A stretch of 64,000 bases of DNA from IMG/VR virus record IMGVR_UViG_3300046355_000236. One strand, given 5' to 3'. Position 1 is the stretch's first letter; each line of letters starts with the position of its first letter. Below the pieces are notes generated by a model. That model searched no databases, was not told the origin of the DNA, and worked only from the letters and a program-made list of their open reading frames with translations. The stretch comes from a virus. Lineage: Duplodnaviria > Heunggongvirae > Uroviricota > Caudoviricetes. The position numbers and the translations under genes were made by a program. Below are positions 1-10,352 of the stretch, piece after piece.

Positions 1-662
1 TTGCTGCATATAGCCACCTAATCGAGACGCTGGGTATGCCGGAGTCTACATATAATGAATTCCTCGAGTATGAGGAAATGAAGGATAAGCACGACTATTT
101 CCTCTCCATTGCAGGACAAGACGCAACTACGATTGCCCAGCAGATCGCTGCGTTCTCTGCATTTACGGAAGGCATGCAACTGTTCTCGAGCTTCATTATG
201 CTGTTGAACTTCCCACGTCATGGTAAGATGAAGGGAATGGGTCAGATCGTCACTTGGTCGATCGTTGATGAGACAATGCACGCAGAGGGAATGATCAAGC
301 TGTTCCGTACGTTTATTGAAGAGAATAAGAGTATCTGGAACGATGAGCTCAAACAACAAATTTACAGCATTGCTGAGAAGATGGTTCTACTCGAGGATCG
401 GTTTATCGATCTGGCATTCAGCCTGGGCCCTATGGTTGATCTGGACGCTGCTGACGTTAAACAGTACATCCGCTATATTACTGACCGTCGCCTCATTAGC
501 CTTGGCCTTAAAGGAATTATGAAGGTTAAGAAGAATCCGTTGCCATGGGTTGAAGAAATGATTAATGCTCCTACGCATACTAACTTCTTCGAAAACCGTG
601 CAACAGATTATGCAAAAGGTGCAACGAGCGGTTCATGGGATAACGTGTGGGCAAAACCCTAA
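1..662 (+). CDS. nrdB: ribonucleotide reductase small subunit (NrdB/NrdF ferritin-like), C-terminal part; gene starts upstream of window
   Basis: Frame open from base 1; di-iron ligand region (ETMHAEG) and typical NrdB C-terminal tail. Confidence 0.7.
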   Translation, partial: AAYSHLIETLGMPESTYNEFLEYEEMKDKHDYFLSIAGQDATTIAQQIAAFSAFTEGMQLFSSFIMLLNFPRHGKMKGMGQIVTWSIVDETMHAEGMIKLFRTFIEENKSIWNDELKQQIYSIAEKMVLLEDRFIDLAFSLGPMVDLDAADVKQYIRYITDRRLISLGLKGIMKVKKNPLPWVEEMINAPTHTNFFENRATDYAKGATSGSWDNVWAKP

Positions 663-1321
663 TACTGCGTCCTGACGGATACCAGTACGACTTAGACTCC
701 TACTTTCCTGATCTAAAAAGGGACGTAGGTGTCTCTTTATCTGCAGGTATAGAATCTACTATCCTGCTCCACATCCTGGTAACAAGGTATGGAGCAGATC
801 GAGTGAAAGCGTTCTCTGGTGTTATCGAAGGACGTCGAGGATGGGAAAGCAACTACGCTGCTAAAATGGCTCAATGGATGAATGTGCAACACATTCCTGT
901 TGATGATGACTTTTCATGCATGTCACCAAAAGAAAGCGTACGTCTTTACAATCATGCCTTTCAAAAGTATGATATCAGGTCGTGGTTTGTTGGCGCAGCA
1001 AAATTGTGGTACCACCCTACATTTCACACATTACAAACATCATTGGAGCTTCGTAAGAAAGGTGTGTACCTTCCTTTCATAGATCTTCAAAAGCAACATA
1101 CTATCGACCTGTACTACCAGCTTGGTGTCGAACATCTACTAAAAGACACTCATTCATGTACTGCTCAAGGTGTTACGCATTGTGGAAACTGTGTATGTTG
1201 CTCGGAACGTGTCAGAGGATTTAATGAACTTGGTCTAAACGATCATTCTATATACGACTGTGGCTGGACGGAAGCTCTTAGAGAAGCGTATGTACCAGGC
1301 CGCATTGTTAAGACATGGTAG
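647..1321 (+). CDS. PP-loop ATPase resembling 7-cyano-7-deazaguanine synthase QueC
   Basis: Degenerate PP-loop SLSAGIEST near N-terminus; C-terminal Zn motif SCTAQGVTHCGNCVCCSERVRGF as in QueC (SC..CGxCxxCxxRxxGF). Confidence 0.5.
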   Translation: MGKTLILRPDGYQYDLDSYFPDLKRDVGVSLSAGIESTILLHILVTRYGADRVKAFSGVIEGRRGWESNYAAKMAQWMNVQHIPVDDDFSCMSPKESVRLYNHAFQKYDIRSWFVGAAKLWYHPTFHTLQTSLELRKKGVYLPFIDLQKQHTIDLYYQLGVEHLLKDTHSCTAQGVTHCGNCVCCSERVRGFNELGLNDHSIYDCGWTEALREAYVPGRIVKTW

Positions 1322-1497
1322 GAGATCTAATGATAGACCAAAATTCAGAACCACACGTATGTTTCGAGTGTGATGCGGAATATGTAGTGACTACACCGTA
1401 CAACGACATCGCTGTTGCATTTTGCCCATTCTGTGGCGCAGAAACAGCAGATGATGAAGATTTAGATGAAGACAACGAAGAAGACTACGACGAATGA
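1315..1497 (+). CDS. small zinc-ribbon protein with acidic C-terminus
   Basis: CxxC...CxxC pattern then DDEDLDEDNEEDYDE tail. Confidence 0.4.
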   Translation: MVGDLMIDQNSEPHVCFECDAEYVVTTPYNDIAVAFCPFCGAETADDEDLDEDNEEDYDE

Positions 1498-1895
1498 CGT
1501 GGTTTTTAAATGATGTACAGTTTGATGAACCAGAAGAGCAGTATTACGGGTTTGTGTATCAAATAACAAATACGCAAACAAACAAAAAGTATATCGGTAA
1601 AAAACTGTTCTGGTTCAAGAAGACTAAAGTGTTGAAGGGCAAGAAGAAAAAGTACCTTGCCCCATCTGACTGGAAGACTTATTACGGCTCGTCTGTTGCT
1701 GTAAAGAAAGACGTCGATGCACTCGGTGAAAGTGTTTTCAAGCGTGAAATATTGAGACTGTGCAAGAGTAAGGGTGAATGCTCTTATTATGAAGCAAAGT
1801 ATCAGTTTGATGCTGATGTGTTAAAAAATCCTGATCAATACTACAATGATTGGATTATTTGCAGGGTACATCGGAAACATATCGCTAACTGTTGA
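1494..1895 (+). CDS. GIY-YIG nuclease domain protein
   Basis: YGFVYQITNTQTNKKYIGKK matches the GIY-(x10)-YIG motif. Confidence 0.6.
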   Translation: MTWFLNDVQFDEPEEQYYGFVYQITNTQTNKKYIGKKLFWFKKTKVLKGKKKKYLAPSDWKTYYGSSVAVKKDVDALGESVFKREILRLCKSKGECSYYEAKYQFDADVLKNPDQYYNDWIICRVHRKHIANC

Positions 1896-1910
1896 CCTTA
1901 GTGTATAAAT

Positions 1911-2132
1911 GTGTATAATAGAAGAAAGGAGATTATTATGCAAAGACAACAATTTGTTACTAAGCCTAATTTCTCATTATACAATTGCATCAACAACGAA
2001 CGGATTACCGGAGACTTGATCAATGAAGATGAGATTGAGGGTAAGAAGTTTTATGTGATGCGCGTAGGTCCTCGCGTGCTAAAACTAGCGAAGGACGCAT
2101 ACGCACCAAAGAAAGCCAACCTGACCCGTTGA
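1911..2132 (+). CDS. hypothetical protein
   Basis: ORF with SD-like aaggag upstream. Confidence 0.3.
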   Translation: MYNRRKEIIMQRQQFVTKPNFSLYNCINNERITGDLINEDEIEGKKFYVMRVGPRVLKLAKDAYAPKKANLTR

Positions 2133-2197
2133 CTTTACAGTTTAAATGCTGTATACTCGGTTTACCAACTATTATTGGTATTTTGTTATCTTACTTT

Positions 2198-2434
2198 ATG
2201 AAAGAATTGAAAATGACTCAAAAGCAAAAATTGTTTACCGCGCTATCTAAAGGCGTTGAATTGACCACCAAGCAAATTCGCGCACGCGGTATTGCATCGC
2301 CTAGCAAGGTTGTTTCTCGCTTGCGCGAAGACGGTGTTAAGATTGCAACCAAGGAATATGTCACCAAAAAGGGTGTTGTTACTTACAAGTATGCATTGAC
2401 CCAAGGTACAAAGCGTGCTGCAATGACTGCTTGA
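2198..2434 (+). CDS. small winged-helix-like DNA-binding protein
   Basis: Basic small protein; resembles the wHTH-like paralog at 19575; start moved to an internal Met of ORF 2129. Confidence 0.35.
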   Translation: MKELKMTQKQKLFTALSKGVELTTKQIRARGIASPSKVVSRLREDGVKIATKEYVTKKGVVTYKYALTQGTKRAAMTA

Positions 2435-2500
2435 TCACAGCATAGATAAGTGATATAATGGGGGTGATAATTCACCCCCTTTTCGTTTAAGGAGTTTGTT

Positions 2501-2770
2501 ATGGAACAGTTTTACACATCGAAGCAAGGCCGCGATCATTTGAAAACAATGCTGCACAACAGCGTTGTGGAAGTACGATTCTTGAAGGCTGATGGCACAG
2601 AGCGTGTTATGAAGTGTACCCTGCAGTCTGATGTGATCATTGCAGGTGAGAAGAAGACAGAACGCACCAAACCTGTCAATGAAGAAGTATTGAATGTGTG
2701 GGATGTGGAAAAGGATGCATGGCGCTCTTTCCGTCTTGATGCAATCACGAATGTGAATACACAGCTATGA
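2501..2770 (+). CDS. DUF2693-like small phage protein
   Basis: VEVRFLKADGTERVMKCTL ... WRSFRLDAI pattern typical of this family. Confidence 0.45.
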   Translation: MEQFYTSKQGRDHLKTMLHNSVVEVRFLKADGTERVMKCTLQSDVIIAGEKKTERTKPVNEEVLNVWDVEKDAWRSFRLDAITNVNTQL

Positions 2771-3186
2771 AAGTAGGATTCACATGCTCAGCATTTGACT
2801 TGTTGCACGCAGGTCATATTCTAATGCTTGAGGAAGCAAAGAAACAGTGCGATTGGCTCGTAGTTGGGCTGCAGACAGATCCATCTATCGATCGACCAGA
2901 TACTAAGAACACTCCTGTTCAATCGATTGTTGAGCGGTACATCCAGTTGAAAGCTGTCAAATATGTCGACGAGATTGTTGTTTATACAACAGAAAAAGAT
3001 CTTATCGATCTTCACTACGTCGTTCCGGTGAAGGTTCGTATTCTAGGTGAAGAATACCAAGACAAAGATTTCACCGGCAAAGAGTTGTGCGGCACACTTG
3101 GCATTGAGACATACTTCAATACACGTCAGCATCGCTTTAGCACAACAGAGCTACGTCAACGAATTGCTGTGGAAGCATTGAAATGA
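2767..3186 (+). CDS. cytidylyltransferase-like nucleotidyltransferase (TagD / RfaE domain II-like)
   Basis: N-terminal GxxxSAFDLLHAGH (HxGH) motif. Confidence 0.6.
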   Translation: MKVGFTCSAFDLLHAGHILMLEEAKKQCDWLVVGLQTDPSIDRPDTKNTPVQSIVERYIQLKAVKYVDEIVVYTTEKDLIDLHYVVPVKVRILGEEYQDKDFTGKELCGTLGIETYFNTRQHRFSTTELRQRIAVEALK

Positions 3187-4142
3187 ACGTATTGGTAACA
3201 GGTTCACATGGATACATTGGATCTGTTCTCTGTAAAGTGCTTACAGAAGCAGGTCACAACGTGGTGGCAGTTGATAATAAAAAGTTCCTTGGCGGGGACT
3301 TTCGCTATTTCCGAACTGTGTATCATCATTCATTTGATTCTGATATGGTTGCCAACCTCGTTATCACTGAAAAGATTGAGGTAATTTACCATCTAGCAGC
3401 AACGAGCCTGGTTGGACCTGATGCACTTGATCCGATTGAGTATTACTGGAACAACGTGTCTCACACCACTAACATGGTTCATAAGCTGATTGAGCGAGGA
3501 TGGAAGGGCCGCATTGTATTTGCAAGCACTGCTGCAGTATACTCACCTCAATCTAACATGCTCGGTCGTCCGTTTGACGAGTACTCACAAGTAGATCCTG
3601 CAAGTGTGTATGGAAGAACTAAATTGATCTGTGAGGACGTGTTGAAGCACGCAACCAAATACGGAATTAAAACGTCTATATTCCGTTTCTTTAACGTTGC
3701 TGGTGCAGTTGATGATCTTGGTGAAGAACACGAAGATACCCACCTCATATCGAGGATTTGCCATGCAGCATTGGGGCATTCAGATATGAAGGTGTATGGT
3801 GATAACTTTGATACGCCAGACGGCACGTGTATTCGGGATTATGTCCATGTACTGGATGTGTGTCGAGCAATGATGTGTTATCGTCCAGAAGCTCCCTTGG
3901 AAGTATACAACTTAGGTACTGGCCAAGGAGCATCCGTCAAACAGGTAATTGACTTCTTTACGTGTGTTACTGGTATTGATGTTCCGTATGAAGTTGTCAG
4001 ACGCCGCGCAGGTGATGTATCAACGCTCGTGGCTGACGGCAGTGCATTTAAAAGAGATACGGGATTCCAGTACCAGCACAGTTTTTTGGTTGAGATTATA
4101 GAAACATCGTGGGAATATTTTAGGAGTAAAAATGGGGTTTGA
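3183..4142 (+). CDS. NAD-dependent sugar epimerase/dehydratase (SDR family)
   Basis: VLVTGSHGYIGS Rossmann motif and catalytic YGRTK (YxxxK). Confidence 0.7.
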   Translation: MNVLVTGSHGYIGSVLCKVLTEAGHNVVAVDNKKFLGGDFRYFRTVYHHSFDSDMVANLVITEKIEVIYHLAATSLVGPDALDPIEYYWNNVSHTTNMVHKLIERGWKGRIVFASTAAVYSPQSNMLGRPFDEYSQVDPASVYGRTKLICEDVLKHATKYGIKTSIFRFFNVAGAVDDLGEEHEDTHLISRICHAALGHSDMKVYGDNFDTPDGTCIRDYVHVLDVCRAMMCYRPEAPLEVYNLGTGQGASVKQVIDFFTCVTGIDVPYEVVRRRAGDVSTLVADGSAFKRDTGFQYQHSFLVEIIETSWEYFRSKNGV

Positions 4143-5121
4143 TGTAAACGAAATTTCGAAGAATTCGAAAGGCGGCACTGAGCTGTTGAAGATGGAGCTG
4201 GAGAAGCGGTTACCTGCTGGGTTAATCGATGACTTCCAGATCATCTGCTCACGTGTGCGCCAAATTGAAGAAGATAAGATCCGTCTATACTGGTTACATG
4301 ACCTGCCAGAGGATCCAGAAACTGCTCACCTGAAAGAAGCAGCAAGCCGTGACCGCTTCCATAAGATGGTGTTCTGTGGTAACTGGCAGTATACACGTTA
4401 CCGCGACTACCTTGGCGTTCCACATGACCACAACTCTTTGGTCATCGATAACGGTGTTGAACCAATCGAAGTACATGAGAAACCAAAAGATGAAGTTCGT
4501 CTGATCTACTTCTCAACACCTCAACGCGGGCTGGAAATCCTGGTACCTGTGTTTGAAGAGTTGTGCAAGAAACATGACAACATCGTACTTGATGTGTTCT
4601 CGAGTTACAGCATCTATGGCTGGCCTGACGCTGATAAGCGCTTTGAGCCAATCTTTGATCGTTGCCGTGCTCATCCAAAGATCAACTATCATGGATCGCA
4701 GTCAAATGAAGTGGTCCGTGAAGCGCTTAAACGTGCACATATAATGGCCTATCCTTCTATTTGGATGGAGTGCAACAGTCGCGCAGTGATTGAAGCAATG
4801 AGTGCTGGATTGATGTGTATCCATCCTAACTATGGTGGTTTGGTTGACACATCTGGTGGTATGAACTTGATGTATCAGTGGGATGACAACGTCAACCGCC
4901 ATGCCGGTGCATTCTATGCAGCCTTGGATCACGGTATTCAATCTGTTCATAGTGAGCCATCACGCAACTATTTGCAGCTCGTTAAGATGTATGCTGATAC
5001 ACGATTCGGGTGGAACAGAATCACTGCACAATGGGAAAGTTTGTTGATGGCTATGAAAGAACGGTACCCAACTTTGGAATCTCGTGCACTACCTCAACAG
5101 ATGTTCCATTACAAACCATAA
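4132..5121 (+). CDS. GT-B glycosyltransferase (GT4-like)
   Basis: C-terminal E..AMSAGLMCI resembles the GT1/GT4 EX7E region; size fits. Confidence 0.55.
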   Translation: MGFDVNEISKNSKGGTELLKMELEKRLPAGLIDDFQIICSRVRQIEEDKIRLYWLHDLPEDPETAHLKEAASRDRFHKMVFCGNWQYTRYRDYLGVPHDHNSLVIDNGVEPIEVHEKPKDEVRLIYFSTPQRGLEILVPVFEELCKKHDNIVLDVFSSYSIYGWPDADKRFEPIFDRCRAHPKINYHGSQSNEVVREALKRAHIMAYPSIWMECNSRAVIEAMSAGLMCIHPNYGGLVDTSGGMNLMYQWDDNVNRHAGAFYAALDHGIQSVHSEPSRNYLQLVKMYADTRFGWNRITAQWESLLMAMKERYPTLESRALPQQMFHYKP

Positions 5122-5181
5122 ACGTTGACAAAGGTGGTAGATTGGTGTAATATATACTAATCTACTACTCTGAAATTTAAT

Positions 5182-6036
5182 ATGATTTTACTGGACCTTT
5201 CACAGGTAATGATCTCTAACATTATGGCACAGATTGGAACGCACACCGATGCAATCCAACCTGACCTTGTTAGACATATGATTATCAACACCATTCGTTC
5301 GCTTAAAGTGAAGTTTGGCAAAGAATACGGCGAACTTGTTATTGCATGTGATGATCGCAAATACTGGCGCCGTGAGTTCTTCCCACAATACAAAGGTAAT
5401 CGTAAGATTGACCGCGAAAAGTCTAACGTAGACTGGCCTGCTTTATTCGAGATCATTAACATGATTAAGCAGGAGCTGAAAGACCATTTCCCATACCGCG
5501 TAATCCAAGTCGAACACGTTGAAGCAGACGATGTTATTGCATCGCTGTGTATGAAATTTGGTCAAGAACTAAATAATGGAAACAAGATCCTGATCCTCAG
5601 TGGGGATAAGGACTTTGTTCAACTCCAGAAGTTTGGTAACGTGTATCAGTATGATCCAGTAATGAAGCGTGATATCGCTTCCAACGATCCTGAGAAATTC
5701 CTGACACGCTTGATTCTTTCTGGTGACCGTGGTGACGGTGTACCAAATGTCCTGTCGCCGGATAATTGTATTGTTGAGGGTATTCGCCAGAAGGCCCTCA
5801 GAGAAACCAAAGTTGATGAAATTCTCAACACACCCTTTGAGTCTCTGCCCGAAGAGATTCGCCGAAATTGGAATCGCAACAAGATGATGATCGATCTGAG
5901 CATGATTCCAAAACATATACAGACTGCCATTGTGCAGGAGTATGACGCACAGGCCGGCAAGCCTCGTGACAAAATCTTCAATTATTTGATTAACCACAAA
6001 ATGAAACTACTGATCGAATCAGTGGGTGACTTCTAA
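5182..6036 (+). CDS. rnh: RNase H / 5'-3' exonuclease (FEN-1 family), T4 rnh homolog
   Basis: Colinear similarity to T4 RNase H (ILLDLSQV..., YWRREFFPQYKGNR, ILILSGDKDFVQL). Confidence 0.8.
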   Translation: MILLDLSQVMISNIMAQIGTHTDAIQPDLVRHMIINTIRSLKVKFGKEYGELVIACDDRKYWRREFFPQYKGNRKIDREKSNVDWPALFEIINMIKQELKDHFPYRVIQVEHVEADDVIASLCMKFGQELNNGNKILILSGDKDFVQLQKFGNVYQYDPVMKRDIASNDPEKFLTRLILSGDRGDGVPNVLSPDNCIVEGIRQKALRETKVDEILNTPFESLPEEIRRNWNRNKMMIDLSMIPKHIQTAIVQEYDAQAGKPRDKIFNYLINHKMKLLIESVGDF

Positions 6037-6488
6037 TGAAAAAAAGCATCTCGGAACTTCTTACAGAATGTTCCAAACTCCCTAGTTCAAAAGCAAAAGC
6101 AGAGTTTCTACAACAGAACGATTCGCTGACAATGCGTGTTGTTTTACAGTACGCTCTTGATCCACGCATCGTATGGAATTTGCCACCTGGTGAACCTCCA
6201 TACAAACCCTGCGAGTTTCTCGATCAAGAGGCTCGACTTTTCCAAGAGATCCGCAAACTGTACTTGTTCATTAAAGACAGCGGTGCGCCTGATCTATCAG
6301 CCCTTAAACGGGAATCCCTTTTTATTCAGTTTCTTGAGGGCATTGACCCTAAAGATGCAAAGCTGATGTGTAGTGTAAAAGATAAGAAGCTCCCATACAA
6401 AGGACTTACCGCTAATCTTATTAACACAGCCTTTCCTGGCTTGATTCTACAGAAAGAAGAGAAGAAAAGTGAGCAAACCTCAGCGTAA
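6036..6488 (+). CDS. hypothetical protein
   Basis: ORF whose ATG overlaps the rnh stop (ATGA). Confidence 0.4.
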   Translation: MKKSISELLTECSKLPSSKAKAEFLQQNDSLTMRVVLQYALDPRIVWNLPPGEPPYKPCEFLDQEARLFQEIRKLYLFIKDSGAPDLSALKRESLFIQFLEGIDPKDAKLMCSVKDKKLPYKGLTANLINTAFPGLILQKEEKKSEQTSA

Positions 6489-6651
6489 GATGCAGGACCA
6501 GTATAACTTCGAACGAGAAGAGAAGTCCCATCATTATTACAAGATTCAAAAAACAGAGCAATCCAAAAAGATGCTCCGAAGTTTGGATAAGGCCTTGAAG
6601 ACCAAGGACCTACATAAACTGATCCATGCAGATGAATATTAAGGAGATAGC

Positions 6652-6942
6652 ATGTTTACAAAATTGAAGCAATGGTTGTTTGGTAAGCCGGAACAAACAC
6701 AAGTACAAGTAGTTGGCGACAACTCAGTTGGTGTGCAAGCAAAAGAATCTGTTGAGGTTCAGGTTAGCGGCGTACCGTATAAGGTTGAATTGCCAACACC
6801 AAAACTAGAAGTTGAAAAGCCTAGTGAACCAGCTCCTGCTGTCACAGTAGCACCCGACGTGACCTGGCCTTTTGACGGCACCGAAGAAGCTAAGCTAAAG
6901 AAGCCTCGCAAGCCACGCGCCAAAAAGCCTAAGGCAGAGTAA
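6652..6942 (+). CDS. hypothetical Lys/Pro-rich protein
   Basis: ORF with aaggag SD. Confidence 0.4.
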   Translation: MFTKLKQWLFGKPEQTQVQVVGDNSVGVQAKESVEVQVSGVPYKVELPTPKLEVEKPSEPAPAVTVAPDVTWPFDGTEEAKLKKPRKPRAKKPKAE

Positions 6943-7181
6943 TGCCAACATACACCTTCCGCAAGAAGGGCACCGAAGAGGTGTTTGACAAGTTTATGTC
7001 AATCTCTGCTAGAGAGCAATACCTAGCAGAGAACCCAGATATTGAATCGATCATCGGTGCTCCTGCCACGATCGACGCTACATTCAATAAAAAGCCCGAC
7101 GCTGGCTTCCGTGAAGTGTTGCAAAAGATCAACGCTCACCACGATAAAAAATATACACGGTCTACCATCAACACGTTCTAA
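6942..7181 (+). CDS. hypothetical protein
   Basis: Translationally coupled ORF. Confidence 0.4.
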   Translation: MPTYTFRKKGTEEVFDKFMSISAREQYLAENPDIESIIGAPATIDATFNKKPDAGFREVLQKINAHHDKKYTRSTINTF

Positions 7182-7192
7182 AGGAGTATCAT

Positions 7193-7918
7193 TTGAACGG
7201 ACTGCCTGCCTACAAAGAAGACGATTTCACTTCATTAAAGAAAGATCGCAAGCGTAAAGTAACACATAATAAGGAGTTATTGAAGGTAAGGCAAATTAAG
7301 CCGATGACATGGGCGCAGGAAGATATGATTGAAGCATATGCTCGTGGTGCTAACATCGTTGCTGTTGGTTCGGCTGGTACGGGTAAAAGCTTCATTGCTT
7401 CCTACCTCGCACTGACCTCACTATTTTCCAGACAAGTAGATAAGATCGTTGTGGTGCGTAGCGCTGTGGCGACAAGAGATATGGGGCACTTGCCTGGCTC
7501 CTTGCAAGAGAAGTCAGAAGTGTTTACAATTCCATACAAGCAGATTTTTAATGATCTGTGTGAGAATGGAACAGCATGGGACATCCTTACAAAGAAGAAC
7601 ATGGTAGAGTTCATTACCACTTCTTATGTTCGTGGTATCACTCTTGAAAACTCGATTGTAATTATCGATGAATTTCAATCAATGACTGCACATGAGCTGT
7701 ATAGCGTATTGACACGTGCAGGTAAGGGAACACGTATTATCGTGTGTGGTGATACGAAACAGACTGACTTAGATGGCCGCAAAGAAAAGAGCTGCTATGA
7801 CTGGTTCATGCAGGTCGTTGATAAGATGCCTGATTGGTTCAACTGCACCACGTTCATCCATTCTGATATTGTGCGTAGTGATTTTGTTAAAGCCTTGATT
7901 ATGGCTGTGGAGAGTTAA
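7193..7918 (+). CDS. phoH: PhoH-like ATPase
   Basis: Walker A GSAGTGKS and overall PhoH pattern. Confidence 0.8.
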   Translation: MNGLPAYKEDDFTSLKKDRKRKVTHNKELLKVRQIKPMTWAQEDMIEAYARGANIVAVGSAGTGKSFIASYLALTSLFSRQVDKIVVVRSAVATRDMGHLPGSLQEKSEVFTIPYKQIFNDLCENGTAWDILTKKNMVEFITTSYVRGITLENSIVIIDEFQSMTAHELYSVLTRAGKGTRIIVCGDTKQTDLDGRKEKSCYDWFMQVVDKMPDWFNCTTFIHSDIVRSDFVKALIMAVES

Positions 7919-8638
7919 TTGTTTACAACGCAACCTAGGTCGAAGTATTTTGACCTATCCGAACCCTTGCCCGAAGCTATTGAACCAGAGGTTTCGTATA
8001 GCGATGAAGGCAAGCGGTTCTACAAGACTCCTGAGGGTAATCTATACCCTTCTGTCACCACTGTCCTCTCAACACTGTCAGCAGATGGCATTGAGAAGTG
8101 GCGTAAGAAAGTAGGAGCAGAGGAGGCCAAAAAGATTGGCGTCCAGGCATCCCGCCGTGGTACCGCTGTTCACTTGATTGCTGAAAACTATCTGTTGAAC
8201 AAAGACGACTACACAAGCGGTGCCATGCCAGCAAACGTATCCACATTCAATCAGATTAAGGGTTACCTCGATCTGTACTGTGATGCGGTGCACGGGAATG
8301 AATACCCGCTATATAGTGATGAATTACGTACTGCCGGGCGTTGTGATATGATTGGACGGATGCATGGCATTCGCACGATCGGTGATTTCAAAACAGCAAA
8401 GAAGTTCAAAAAAGAAGAGTGGATCAAAGGTTACTTCCTCCAATGTACCACTTATGCTCTTGCTCTTTATGAACGCCATAAGATTTGGTGCCCCCAGATC
8501 TGCATTATGATTGCTACGGATGAAGATGGTTTACAGCCATTCCTCAAACGTACCAAGGATTATGTTGATGAAGTACGTGATGTGTTCGACAACTATCACA
8601 AACAAAGGGAAGTACAATGCCTGGATTCGTTCTTATAA
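7919..8638 (+). CDS. putative PD-(D/E)XK family nuclease
   Basis: GRCDMIG ... IGDFKTAKK gives a D...D/E-x-K arrangement; YqaJ/Cas4-like layout. Confidence 0.45.
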   Translation: MFTTQPRSKYFDLSEPLPEAIEPEVSYSDEGKRFYKTPEGNLYPSVTTVLSTLSADGIEKWRKKVGAEEAKKIGVQASRRGTAVHLIAENYLLNKDDYTSGAMPANVSTFNQIKGYLDLYCDAVHGNEYPLYSDELRTAGRCDMIGRMHGIRTIGDFKTAKKFKKEEWIKGYFLQCTTYALALYERHKIWCPQICIMIATDEDGLQPFLKRTKDYVDEVRDVFDNYHKQREVQCLDSFL

Positions 8639-8834
8639 CACCTAATGGTCAGCGCCACCCATATCATATAAAGGCCTGTGCGGAAATATTTAAAAGTATT
8701 TTTGGTGGCCGTATTGAGGATGTAAAGACAGGATGGATCTGGGATTAATATGTTTGCACACATAATTTATTATCTACGTTTGAAATACGTAGAATGGAAA
8801 ATCAAAAAAGAAAATAGCAAGTTCAATTATTGAT

Positions 8835-9551
8835 ATGAGTGTTTTAATTTCTGGAGGCTGCTCTTACGCCTATGGTGAAGGGCTAGCCAACCGTGATGAT
8901 CGGTATGCACAAAAAGTCGCTGACTACATGGATAAAGAACTTGTGGATGTATCTGTCCCTGGTGCATCCAATGATTACATCGCATCATGTGTGATCATGG
9001 GTATTAACCGTGCTTTGTCACAAGGTAAACAACCAAGTGATATTGTGGTAATGGTTGGATGGACTTCACAAGCACGGTACGAATATTATGACACAGGTGT
9101 TGACTTAATTATGTCCGTAATGGCAATGGTTGGCCCTGGAACACAGCATCATAAGATTGGTAATGTGTCACGTGATCAGATAGTAGAGTCTATGTGGGGA
9201 CCGTCGTTCGGTTACTATCAGTTTCTCAGAGCATATCAACGTGTCGATGCACACTGTAAACTACTTGGGATACCCGTTATTCACAAGCAGAGCATTAACG
9301 TATATGCTATTAACTTTAGAGCTGCTCCGCACGCGTTTGCTTCATTTGCACAAAATGAAATCATAAACCACGCCCTGACTCCAGAACAAAAGAAGAGTGT
9401 CAAACATCTATTGAACCAATCTTCTTTTCAAACAATGGCTGCTGCAGACAAAGAGCTCGATGAAACCCAGCACCCCACATCTCCCTCCCATTTTAAATGG
9501 GCCAATCTGATAATATATGATTTTGAGAAGACACATGGTAAAATGGGTTAA
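8835..9551 (+). CDS. hypothetical protein, paralog A of tandem pair (possible SGNH/GDSL-like fold)
   Basis: N-terminus VLISGGCSYAYGEGL..RDDRYA aligns with the next ORF. Confidence 0.5.
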   Translation: MSVLISGGCSYAYGEGLANRDDRYAQKVADYMDKELVDVSVPGASNDYIASCVIMGINRALSQGKQPSDIVVMVGWTSQARYEYYDTGVDLIMSVMAMVGPGTQHHKIGNVSRDQIVESMWGPSFGYYQFLRAYQRVDAHCKLLGIPVIHKQSINVYAINFRAAPHAFASFAQNEIINHALTPEQKKSVKHLLNQSSFQTMAAADKELDETQHPTSPSHFKWANLIIYDFEKTHGKMG

Positions 9552-9626
9552 AAGCATCGTGCAGAGATGTCAGCTAGCGTGGATTCGTTACAAAATTAAA
9601 AAACAAAGTAATAAGTTTACATACTA

Positions 9627-10352
9627 ATGAAAAAGGTTTTGGTATCGGGTGGATGCTCTTTTGCATATGGTTTCAATCTACCCGACCGTAATGATCGATA
9701 TGCAAAAGTAATCGCAGATCAATGCAAGCTCGATCTTTTCGATGTCTCTACATCAGGCGCTGGAAACGATACAATTGCAGCAGCAACCGTCACAGGCGTG
9801 CATGCATCACTCAAGAAGTATAGCCCCCACGAGATCATTGTTATTGTAGGGTGGACCGATCAGGCTCGGTTTGAGTACTGGGATAATGTTGCTAAGGGAA
9901 TTCAAACAGCTTTTCCGGAATACCAGAAACATAAGTTTGGTGCAGCTAATCCTCGTCATGCAAACATATCACAATTTGCTGCAGATAATATGTGGTCATT
10001 AGAATATAGTTACTACAAGCTGATACATTCTTTCAATTACCTTAACAGTTTTTGCAGAGCTAATGGTGTTACTATAATCAATAAACCTAATTTAACACTC
10101 TACAAAGTACCGATGGAGAAGGTTGATACAATCAATTCAGAAATGAACGGAAGAAGTTACGTTGATGATGTGATAATGCCTGCTGATAAAAAAGCATGGG
10201 AAAACATATTCATAGCCACATCATTATACAAGTTTACATCCACTCTCGGCCTTCAAATACAGCCGGGTTATGATTCACATCCGAACGCTGAAGGTCATCG
10301 TTCATGGGCAAGAAAGTTAATGAAAGATTATGGCAACGTACTGGGGACTTAG
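9627..10352 (+). CDS. hypothetical protein, paralog B of tandem pair
   Basis: VLVSGGCSFAYGFNL..RNDRYA..GWTDQARFEYWD parallels 8835..9551. Confidence 0.5.
   Translation: MKKVLVSGGCSFAYGFNLPDRNDRYAKVIADQCKLDLFDVSTSGAGNDTIAAATVTGVHASLKKYSPHEIIVIVGWTDQARFEYWDNVAKGIQTAFPEYQKHKFGAANPRHANISQFAADNMWSLEYSYYKLIHSFNYLNSFCRANGVTIINKPNLTLYKVPMEKVDTINSEMNGRSYVDDVIMPADKKAWENIFIATSLYKFTSTLGLQIQPGYDSHPNAEGHRSWARKLMKDYGNVLGT

Noticed and set aside
36-662. Group I intron in nrdB, as in T4.
   Set aside because: Only the C-terminal 208 codons are in the window and read as one continuous frame. It cannot be assessed.
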